Virus record (IMG/VR): IMGVR_UViG_3300033463_000013
Span: 64,001-128,000 of that record
Origin: a virus
Lineage: Duplodnaviria; Caudoviricetes
Length of the DNA stretch: 64,000 bases
Reading direction: 5' to 3' (one strand)
Position numbers and translations under genes: made by a program. The first letter of the stretch is position 1. Each line of letters starts with the position of its first letter. Under the pieces are notes generated by a model that was given only the letters and a program-made list of their open reading frames with translations, had not been told where the DNA came from and did no database searches. Shown here in pieces: positions 43,823-53,676 of this stretch.

Positions 43823-46800
43823 ATGGTACAAGATCAGTATATACGACCATATGAAATCTCTATCTGGACACTTTAGGACGAGTTTATAACCGTCCTAAAG
43901 TGGTCCGAAATAGAGAATAAAGGACAAATTCAAAATGGAGAGGTTGAATTAATCGATGATGGCACCGAAAAATTATCTTTTTCTGTTCCATTGTGGTATT
44001 ATTCTGATGGAATAAAAATCAAAAATCCATTATGGATTACAGTAAATAATAAAACAATCGTGCCAAATATGCACAAAATTAAATTAATTTTTAATAAAAA
44101 AACCGAAGATGAAAAAGTTTTTGAATTTTTAATTACTGAAATTAATGAGTCTCATAATAAAGATGAGATTATTTATGATATATCTTGTGAGGGTTTAGCT
44201 TTTCATGAATTAGGTAAAATTGGTTATAAAATTAGTTTAATGCCTGATGATTTCTTAAATGAATGGGAAGCATGGTTTAAAAATGGATAGATTAACGATG
44301 CTCCAGTATAGAATTTACAATATTGGAATGATCGAGTATTTAAATATACTGATGTTTCTGGTGAAGTGCGTTGGAAATATAATTGGACTTATGAAGTACA
44401 TATGGATTGGTCTTCTTTTAGTTATAGTAGTGAACGTGATTCATCTACTGTATATGAAGAAGAATATGTTTCCGCTTGGGACACAAATGATAATTTTTTA
44501 ACTTTTCCTAAATAGGTTGAATAGTTTAAGGAAAAGTGGCGCGCGGTAGAAATTGAAGAAAGTAATATTTATAATATTACATAGACTATTGCTGAAACAT
44601 TTGGAGTTTTCTGTAAATATGAATATGAATATGACGATAATTATCATATTATTGGAAGAAAAGTAATTTATTATAATAATTTTATTTCTGATTCTTATGG
44701 TCATATTGATTTAACATATCCTTATAGTTCTTCATCTATTACACGCACGGCTGATCATACAGAACTAGTTACTAAATTATTTGTACGTCCTATTGATAGT
44801 GACACTTCTGAATCTAATTTAATTACTATTATGAATGTGGATGCAAATAGAAGCAGAGAAGATTATCTATTAAATTTTGATTATTTACATGAAGTGGAGA
44901 CTATTACTGATGAATAGTATGAAGCAGTTCGCACATTTGAAGATGTTATGCGCATGTATAACAATCAATTATTAACACTAGAGACATAGATTGCGGTCTT
45001 ATAGAATAGTTGTATTACAGAAGAAGCAAATATAACTTTATATACAAATGCTCTTAACTTAGATAATGAACGTTGGAATAATGCAAAAGCTTTGCGCGCG
45101 CAGTTAACTGGTGGTACGGATAATATTACAATTAACGATGCATCTCCGGAAATGCTTCTTTTAAAACCAGATGGCACATAGGCTAATATGTATTATGTAA
45201 CAATTTCTTTAGAAGGAGTTATACCTAGTACTGTTGTATTATATAAAAATATAGACTATACAAAGATACCTGGCGGCCTTGTTTCGGAACGACTAACTGG
45301 TATATGCACCGGTGGAAAATATGAATATGATGAATTTGGAAATCTAAATAAAATAAGTAATTTATATATTAAAGATTCTACTATTAAGCGCTTATATATG
45401 ACATGTGAATACCGCCCAGAATTATATTATGATAATGTAGTTCGTACATGGGAAATTCGTCGATATAAAGATTAGTAGGCGTTATAGGAAGCAAAAAATC
45501 GTTTACTTGAATATCGTATGTTATTAAATGGCGGAGATGTAGATTACGCTTGTGTTGATGAAGCAATTACTGATTATGCTGTTTCTGGTAATGGAGTTCG
45601 TGTTGATCAATGTCATGTTGAATACGCACGGTTAGATGAAGGCCATGGATATTTATCTACATATAACGGTGTTTTAAAAGATAAATATGAGCATACTGTT
45701 GAATTTGAACGCATGATGGGTCCTGCATTACGAGAGGGTTATTGGCAACCTGATACATATAATGATTATGGAGATAAATTTCTTGATCGATTTGAAATTG
45801 ATTTTACTCAAGAAAATGGTATAAACGGGACTTCTAAATTTGCAACCTTTATATGGGATACTGAAAATTTTGATGATGAATTAACATTATTTTATGAGTT
45901 GGGTGCATAGCAAGATATACAATATTATTTAATAGTAGATTTAAGTAATGCTTTAGAGTATATTAAGGGTAATTTAAATAATTTAAGCTTTATTTATTAT
46001 GATGAAAATATTAAGACAACAAATGAATTAGAATAGGCTCGTAGAAATTTTACTATTGATTCTTTATGTCAATTTGCTTATGTTTATCATAATGTAAGAA
46101 AGAAATATATTCCTGTATTGGTATTAACTGGCTGTGCATCTTTACGAGACAGCTAGATTACATTTATTAAGAATGCTCCTGCAAGTTTCAAACCATTTTT
46201 AGGAACAATTGAATCTTAGGTCAATTCTACTACATCTGCAATAACAACTGTAGTTAATTCTTTATATGATAATCTTGTATTTATTGACCCAAATGATTTA
46301 AAGGTTAATCAAGCCGGAAAGGCGTGTTTGTGTTATCCTCGTATACGAATTAATTCTTTATAGATGAAAAATACTGAAGATGAAGTATTATTATCTTCAA
46401 ACGGAACTAATCTTAAAATGTTTGATGATTTTTATGTGTTAGTTAGAACAGACCAGAGTAATATTGATGATTCTTATTATATTACAATTAAACCTAAACA
46501 TCTAATTAAAAATGCTACTACCGATTCTGTGATAGATTTAAGTTACTCTATATCTAATGCAGATATATCTATTTATCTTGATGCAATATAGGTGATGAAA
46601 GAAAATTCAAAACCAAAAGTATCTTATAGTATTGATTTAAATGTCTTAAATAAAGACTTTATTCATACAGCTTATAATAAATTAAATCGTATAGTACATA
46701 TTAATGATTTTGAATTATAGTTTGAGGATGTTAATGGCTATATTTCTTCGATAAGATTAAATTTAGATCGACCTTGGGAAGATACAGTAGAAATTAAAAA

Positions 46801-49057
46801 TTATGCTACTAAATTTGAAGATTTATTCTCTACCATTGTCGCATAGACAGAAGCTATGAAGAAAAATGCTAATATTTTAAATTTAGCTTCATCAGTGATA
46901 GGCTCTAATGGATTATTATCAGCTTCTGTATTACAAGATAGTATGTTAAAAGTAGATCTAAATTATGCGTTTAATAATGGTAAACTTACTATTGACGAAA
47001 AGAATGGCATTTGGGGCGTTAGCGATGCTGGCGTTGTTGCGTTCCGCGGCGGCGGAATTTTTACGGCTACAGAATAGGATGAAAATGGATAGTGGAAATG
47101 GAATACTGGTATTTTACCTTCTGGCATTAATGCTGATTTAATTACTAGTGGTCAATTAGATACTAATAAAATAAAGATTTATGCAGGAGATAAAGTTAAA
47201 TTTCAACTTAATGGAGATGGATTATTTGCTTATAAATCTTTATTTTCAGATGGCGTTATTGACACATCTACTGTAGGAGGCCAAACATATCTTAGTACTA
47301 AAATCGGCTCTTCTGATTTACATACGGCTAATATTGATATGGATGCTAGCCAATTTGTTACTTTTAATGAAGAGGGTTTATTCTTAGTTGCAAAAAAGGG
47401 AGCATTAGTATTAAATGAAGATAAAAATGGTTATATTACGGTCGCTGAAAATTTAACATCGATTACTGAAGTTAAACGTGTTGAAATTAGTTGGGATGGA
47501 TTAAAATTACGTAATTGGGATAATAAAGAAGTATTTTATGCTGATCCAAATAGTGGAGATTTAACGCTAGAAGGCTCCGTTATTGCTGATTCTGGACGTA
47601 TTGGTGGTTGGGATTTAAGTGACAAAGCATTAACTGGTCAATTTATGCAGTTAGTTAATGATAAAACAAATATTAATGCTAGTGGTATCTTTTTGACTGA
47701 TACTAGTATTACTAGTAATGAAACAATTCAATATAATAATACAACATTATATGCATATACACTTAGTACACGTCCAGGAGAAGCATTTTATTGTGCTGAG
47801 CGTTAGAGTAGTATGAATGCGAATGGAAAAACTATTTATGGCTATGGAACTCGTATTTAGTCAGTGGTTCCTAAATATACTGCTAAACGTGAATTTAGTT
47901 AGACTAGTACAACCGGTAGTTCGGTCTCTGCGGGAGACCCAGGCGAAGAAGATATGGGTCAATATGGAAGTACTACTTATACTTCTGGTACTGTTTATAA
48001 ATATTAGATAACATATGTATCAACGCAAAATAATAATGTTAATGCAATTGTTTAGTATAAAGGTAAAGATATTGAATATGATGGGAATACCTCTCCTAAT
48101 GCTTCATGGTATTCTTAGTTATAGGCGGCTTTACCAAATACATACTTAAATTATGTAACAATTACTAGAGTTTCAACTTCTAATTTAGTTCAAATAACTG
48201 GGTTAACTGGAACATTAACGTTAGCTACCTATACTCCACATTTTAGTGTATATGCCAATGGTACTGTTATTATAGAAAAAGGTACTTTAGGCGGTTTTAC
48301 ATTAACATCTACAAAATTATTGAATGGTATATTAGAAAATACAAATTTAACAGGTAGCACTATTACCAATTCGATAATTAAAGTTGGTGATACAGCATAT
48401 AATACAAATGACTATGGGCAATTATTCAAAGATTTTACGCCGAACAGTGCGACCGGATAGTTTGTATTGACAAGAAATAATGGGAATACCGTAACTTTTA
48501 ATATAGCCGATACAGCATATTTCAGATCAGCGGTATCGGCAGCACGCGTAATAACGCTTGATCTGAGGTTTGTGAATAATGCATATAATTCTAAAGCTAC
48601 AGCTACAGCAACTACGCCGGGTTTCGGTGCAATTAGTGGATATACTGCTACAGCAGAAGCGTCTTTAGCACCAATTTACAGAAGCGGTTATAATGCCGGT
48701 AAAACGAAAGGTGCAAATGATGTATATATAAAAATTATATAGTGGAATGCGTGGACAAAGACTAGTGCCACAGTCTATTCACAACAGGTAGATTTAACTT
48801 TAAGTAATGGTAATAAGTATACTAGATCTACAGTTATTGATATAGAATCTGATTTAAATGCCTCGTATAAAGACGGATGGAATGATTGTAGAGATGCGAT
48901 GGGTTCGGGAGTACAATGTTTAACTGGCTGGACTGATTATAATAATGGTCGGGCGACAACATTATATAAAAAATCTGGTGATTCTGCTGGCCTTCATGCC
49001 TGGCGTTATGGTGGAACAGTTTCTACTAAATATTCTAAGCCCCCCGCGAAAACATAA
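43823..49057 (+). CDS. Large tail tip/baseplate hub (Tal-like) and host-specificity protein, about 1,744 aa (TAG=Gln)
   Basis: Follows Dit; fragments 43991 to 48742 share one frame; GINADLITSGQLDT and GRIGGW motifs; ends TAA at 49055-49057. Confidence 0.8.
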
Positions 49058-49097
49058 AAAAAATAAGCCCTCTCTTTCGAGAGGGCTTTATTTTTAT
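49058..49097. terminator. Bidirectional terminator between the converging late and replication operons
   Basis: A tract, AAGCCCTCTC-TTTC-GAGAGGGCTT, T tract. Confidence 0.88.
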
Positions 49098-49474
49098 TCT
49101 TGTATAAAATCTTCAATTAGTATTATTTTTGATGGCGCGATTTCAATATTTTCTAAATCTTCTAATGGAATCGGCTCGGCATCAATACTAACTACAGTAT
49201 TTAATAATGAAGCAATTTCTTCATTAAATTCATTTACTTTTGTAGGTAGGATTTTATAACTATTATTTTCTATTATTGGATTATCATTTTCATCTTTTTC
49301 AGAATAAGTATTAATTAATTTTGTACGTCCTTCATTAAATAATGACAGCTCTTCTTCAACTTTTTTTAATAGTTTAGCTACATGATAAGCCGTTCTACCT
49401 TTAATGGGACTATCTGATAATTCTTTTAACACATCTATACTATTGATAATGGTTAATAATTTAACTTCAATCAT
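49094..49474 (-). CDS. Conserved phage hypothetical protein (DUF1617-like)
   Basis: ORF of 126 aa, coupled to the upstream gene by TAATG; no TAG. Confidence 0.7.
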   Translation of the reverse strand: MIEVKLLTIINSIDVLKELSDSPIKGRTAYHVAKLLKKVEEELSLFNEGRTKLINTYSEKDENDNPIIENNSYKILPTKVNEFNEEIASLLNTVVSIDAEPIPLEDLENIEIAPSKIILIEDFIQE

Positions 49475-50226
49475 TATATATCTTCACCCCATGTGGCTTT
49501 ATTTGCTTTAATTTTGCCGCAAAAATATTTTCCAATACAAATTGCATCTGACTCATCTTCAGTGCAATCCATATCATACCAAACTTTTACTTTAGCTTGC
49601 GCCTATTTTTTTTGAGCATCGCGGTGCTAATCTCCACCTGCAATACCACAATATGCTCTCCATTCTTTTGAATACACTAATTCGTGTTCTATACCAGCTT
49701 CATATACTACATCTAGTATCACTCCCTATAAATTTGCGAGTGTCTAAAATGTTTTAACCTAAACATCTGTAGCTTTCTCGCCGTATTTCTATAATTGAAT
49801 ATTCTCAATTCCAACGAAGTCTGGTTCCCATTCTTTTAATGCAGCTTTAAGCCAATTTTTTACTTGATTAATACGATCGGTCGCTGGTAAGGAGGAATTT
49901 GTTTTAAAAATTCCATATCCGACCAGTACTTTATTATCATATATTGCATAGCCTGTGATGCCTGTTGCGGCATCTAAGGCTAGAATACGCTATGTATCTG
50001 TACCCTTTTTGGGTACTTTATTTTTTTTGACTTTATATGGATCTCCGGCCATACAAATATCACAAATTTTATGTTTACGCCACTAATCGAATGTCTATTC
50101 CTATTTATGCCCCGCTGGACAAATTATTTCAATCGGAGTTTTAAGATTCTTATAAACTTCGCTTACTAATTTCCATCCTTCCGCTTCCAAGGCATTTTTT
50201 ACAACATAAACATTAATTGTACTCAT
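49474..50226 (-). CDS. ruvC: RuvC-like Holliday junction resolvase with N-terminal Zn finger, 250 aa (10 TAG=Gln), absent from the ORF track
   Basis: RILALDAATGITGYAI, VGIENIQ, LANL(TAG)GVI and DESDAICIG motifs; CPAGH...CDIC at the N-terminus. Confidence 0.87.
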
Positions 50227-51023
50227 TATTTATCAGTACTTCCGAAACCGCCTTCACCGCGATCGGAGTCAACTAAAATATCAACTACTTTAGCTTGGAA
50301 GCGATAGCTTGGCATTACTAGTAGTTGTGCAATACGATCACCGGCATGAATTTGATAATCTTCATCAGAAGTATTATCATAAATAACTCCTAATTCACCA
50401 CGATAACCGCTGTCAATAAGTCCAACACTATTGCTTAAACGTAATGGAGTTTTTAGTCCAATACTAGAACGAGGAAGAATAAAAGCTAGCCATCCTTCCG
50501 GCAATTGAATTTTAACTCCAGTTTTTATCATATTGCTATAAGAATGTGCTGGAATAGTTTGATCTTCTTTTGCGTATATATCCGCCGCAGCGTCCGTCTC
50601 ATGCGCATATGATGGGACTTGTGCGCCAATATTAAGTGTTAGCGGTAAAACAATATTATAACTATGATATTTTTCTACCGCGGTGTCAATAACTTTTAAC
50701 ATTGAATCCATAATACCGTCAATTAGAATCTTCTTATTACCTGTATATGGTTCATCAGTATAAATAGATTCATTTAAAACATTTTTTAATGTATTTGCTG
50801 AATTAATAACTTCTTGCTTAGTTAATCCTTGCTGTTCAAAGCCATTAATTAATTGTGTTACAGATTGATTAATCATTGCTGGAGAAAAACTTTGCTTAAA
50901 CTGTGCTTGTACTAATGTCATTACATCATCAGTTAAAGTATCTTCATCTAATTCTGCCATTTCTTTAATCGCATCTATAATACTACCCAATTCAGTTCCT
51001 TCAAATTCATTCATTTTATTCAC
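50226..51023 (-). CDS. dut: Trimeric dUTPase with an N-terminal extension of about 120 aa
   Basis: AADI, PRSS, GLIDSGYRGE, GDRIAQ and RGEGGFGST motifs. Confidence 0.93.
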   Translation of the reverse strand: MNKMNEFEGTELGSIIDAIKEMAELDEDTLTDDVMTLVQAQFKQSFSPAMINQSVTQLINGFEQQGLTKQEVINSANTLKNVLNESIYTDEPYTGNKKILIDGIMDSMLKVIDTAVEKYHSYNIVLPLTLNIGAQVPSYAHETDAAADIYAKEDQTIPAHSYSNMIKTGVKIQLPEGWLAFILPRSSIGLKTPLRLSNSVGLIDSGYRGELGVIYDNTSDEDYQIHAGDRIAQLLVMPSYRFQAKVVDILVDSDRGEGGFGSTDK

Positions 51024-51026
51024 CTC

Positions 51027-51233
51027 TTACTCAAAAGTCTTTTCAATGGTAACCTTATATTCAATATATAAGATTTCACCTTTTGACTTCTTTGGTTTAG
51101 CAGTATAACCAGATTTAGTTACTGTATAGCCTTCTGATACTGCTTTTTCCTTTGCTTCTTCAATCATATCCATGGCTTCTTCTTCACTATCAGTTAGCCA
51201 TACATCAGTTTTCTTCAGTAGTTGTCTCGGCAT
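51027..51233 (-). CDS. Hypothetical protein, 68 aa
   Basis: ORF within the operon, with RBS. Confidence 0.72.
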   Translation of the reverse strand: MPRQLLKKTDVWLTDSEEEAMDMIEEAKEKAVSEGYTVTKSGYTAKPKKSKGEILYIEYKVTIEKTFE

Positions 51234-51627
51234 TTTCTTCTTTCTCCTTATTTAATTTTCTTAATTTTTGAATTAAATCTATATAATTAAGTTTTTTTGC
51301 TGTTTCACTCACTGCGCCAATTACATCTCCGCTATCGGCTACCATTTCAGCATACTTCTTCGCGCCAACTTTCTTTTTAAGTGCGCGCCTTTGCGCTCGA
51401 TTCATTGGCACTCGAGTACTATTGATTTTCTCAATAGTTTTGTCTTGAATCTTTTTAAGAACTTCCTCAGGAGTATTCGCACCAATCTGCTCACGCGCTT
51501 CTTCTGTAGTAATATTCTGAATTTGAGCAAATCGCTCAATAAGTTCATCTACTGTTAAGTCTGCTTTTTCCTCTTCGGGAAAAGCATCATCAATTGGGTC
51601 CATCTTTGCTCTTAAACCTCTTTCCAT
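51205..51627 (-). CDS. Hypothetical protein (NRAQRR motif)
   Basis: GGAGG RBS supports the start at 51627. Confidence 0.72.
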   Translation of the reverse strand: MERGLRAKMDPIDDAFPEEEKADLTVDELIERFAQIQNITTEEAREQIGANTPEEVLKKIQDKTIEKINSTRVPMNRAQRRALKKKVGAKKYAEMVADSGDVIGAVSETAKKLNYIDLIQKLRKLNKEKEENAETTTEEN

Positions 51628-51628
51628 A

Positions 51629-52573
51629 TTATCCTCCACCACCAGAATTCTTATTATAGCCAAATTCCTATGTCTTAAAGAACTCTATGTAGTATTTTTC
51701 AAGTTCATTTAATTTATCTTTATCAGCATAGGTGATAACTTCAATCGTCCAATTCCAAAATCCTTCTTTTAGTATTGCATGATGTACAGCTTGATCTGCA
51801 ATTGACTTTATTCCAATTGCGCTTTTAAAGTGGTCTGCTATACGCTTCTTAACATCTGTACTTTTCCCAATATAAGCCATTCCATTTTCTAGACTTGTAA
51901 GTTTATATATTCCTGGCTCAGTTTTAATTTCAATCCGCTTGAAGGTATCCTCTATATTGGGTTTAACATATTCTGACCAAACTAATTTACTTATTATATC
52001 TGGATGTTGTACTTTCGCCGCGACAGTAGTAAGTAAGAACTCAATATCATCTTGATATTCTTCAGGTAACTAAATAGTATAGAATAAACGTTCTTGCTTT
52101 TCTTTTTCATACTGTTTAATTGGTTCAAGTAAACTTTCATACTTCTATTTTTCTTGATTTACTTTATTCCAATATTGAGCCGCTTCATATTCTGTTTCTG
52201 CTTTAGTATTTTTTAATATCTCATCTAAACGTGAAATTTCATTATCAACGTCTTTCTATTTAGATTCAATTATTCTATTTAGATCTTCTTGACGATTTTT
52301 CCGCTATCTTTCCATGGAAGCGTCTATTTCTTTAAGTCTATTATCGGTTATATCTTGATATACATCTAATGCTGCTTGTAAGTCCTTACGACATTCTTCA
52401 AGCTTATATTTTTCGTAATCAATCTATTCATCTAATACTTGTTTTTCTGCTTTGGTATCAATTAATTGATTACGATATTTATCAAGTTCAGTTCTATCAA
52501 TTTTCTATTTTTGATAAAGTTTATATCCTAAAAATATTATTATAATAAGGCATCCGATTATAGCATATATCAT
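51629..52573 (-). CDS. Membrane-anchored coiled-coil GIY-YIG nuclease, 314 aa (7 TAG=Gln)
   Basis: N-terminal TM helix (MIYAIIGCLIIIIFLGY), coiled coil, GIYKLTSLENGMAYIGKS, LNELEKYYI and FGYN; only TAG interruptions. Confidence 0.85.
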
Positions 52574-52603
52574 CAAATTCACCACTATTTTCTTTGATAC
52601 CTT

Positions 52604-52632
52604 ATTATAACAAAATTTTTTTAAATTGTCAA
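52604..52632 (-). promoter_or_regulatory. Consensus sigmaA promoter
   Basis: TTGACA, 17 nt, TG-T-TATAAT; no palindrome. Confidence 0.85.
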
Positions 52633-53192
52633 GTGTTGGATTTTAATCCTTGGGCACTGAAAAATATTCCACCAATAATATTTCCTGTGATTGTTAAAAG
52701 TAAGTTCCAACTAAAAATTCCGCCCGTTAACATATAATAGAAATCAGCAATACAGTGATTAAATCCTGCTAGAATAAAAGTAGCAACTGCTAATACTGTG
52801 ACCCATAAAGGAGTTTCTTTATAAGTTGCCAATGACATTAACATTCCGCAACCTATTCCTTTTAAAAGAGCGTCAGTCCAAAGTTGACTTTGTTTGGCTA
52901 ATGCAATTGACTGTGCAGCTTCATGTATAAGTGGAATAGACCAACAGGCTATAATTGCTACTCCAAAAAAATTACACAGTAATATTAATGGATAATAGTA
53001 CCAAGTATTTTCCTTTGTTATCATATATTGAACTTTTCCTGTGAACAGGTGTAATCCATATAGACGCACAGTTAATAATCCACAGGCAAAAAGCACTGCT
53101 CCAATAATGTGGTTGGGCGCGGAAAGATACGCCCAACCTCCTAATGCTATGGCCATTCCTGCGAATACCGCTCTTGATAATTTATTTGCCAT
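52629..53192 (-). CDS. Formate/nitrite transporter (FNT) family channel
   Basis: Multi-TM protein with LFTG and FILAGFNHCIAD signature motifs. Confidence 0.85.
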   Translation of the reverse strand: MANKLSRAVFAGMAIALGGWAYLSAPNHIIGAVLFACGLLTVRLYGLHLFTGKVQYMITKENTWYYYPLILLCNFFGVAIIACWSIPLIHEAAQSIALAKQSQLWTDALLKGIGCGMLMSLATYKETPLWVTVLAVATFILAGFNHCIADFYYMLTGGIFSWNLLLTITGNIIGGIFFSAQGLKSNT

Positions 53193-53676
53193 TTAAATAA
53201 TCCTCCATATAAATAATTCGTTGATTTGAAGATCCTCTTAATGGAAGAGTGGTATCGCGCTTATCTTGTTCATATCGTCCTTCAATTAAGCAGGTAATGT
53301 TTCGTAATACCGCACGAACATCATCGTCATCGCGCGCTTCAAGTTCTTCTATGGTATATCCAGTCCATACATATATTTTTAAATCTGGATAATCAAGTTT
53401 ACACCAACCTATAAGATTTAGGACATCGCCAATATTCTCATTATTTAATGGTTCGCCACCGAGAATACTTAATGTACGCATTACTCCATTTTTCTTTAGT
53501 TTTTCCATTATTTCTTGGCGCACATCTAAATCATATTCGCGTCCATAATTAAAATCTTGTGCTTCTGGGTTGTGACAACCGGGGCAATGGAAGTGACAGC
53601 CTGAGAAGTAAACCGAGAGGGAGATACCGGGCGCGGCTGCGGTATCATCCCAGTAAATTCCAGCTATTTTACTCAT
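53182..53676 (-). CDS. nrdG: Anaerobic ribonucleotide reductase activase (radical SAM)
   Basis: CHFHCPGCHN (CxxxCxxC), LGGEP and RGSSNQ; adjacent to nrdD. Confidence 0.95.
   Translation of the reverse strand: MSKIAGIYWDDTAAAPGISLSVYFSGCHFHCPGCHNPEAQDFNYGREYDLDVRQEIMEKLKKNGVMRTLSILGGEPLNNENIGDVLNLIGWCKLDYPDLKIYVWTGYTIEELEARDDDDVRAVLRNITCLIEGRYEQDKRDTTLPLRGSSNQRIIYMEDYLNGK

Noticed and set aside
11600-49057. Decayed prophage pseudogenes or sequencing errors
   Set aside because: Interruptions are only in-frame TAG with no frameshifts seen, catalytic motifs are intact, and TAG aligns with CAA/CAG in internal repeats.
48440-49057. DGR variable region or invertible tail-tip cassette at the Tal C-terminus
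   Set aside because: No second copy (template repeat or inversion site), reverse transcriptase or invertase was seen in the window.
49060-52600. Holin/endolysin module after the tail genes
   Set aside because: The genes here are convergent replication-side genes; the only TM-bearing one is fused to a GIY-YIG domain.
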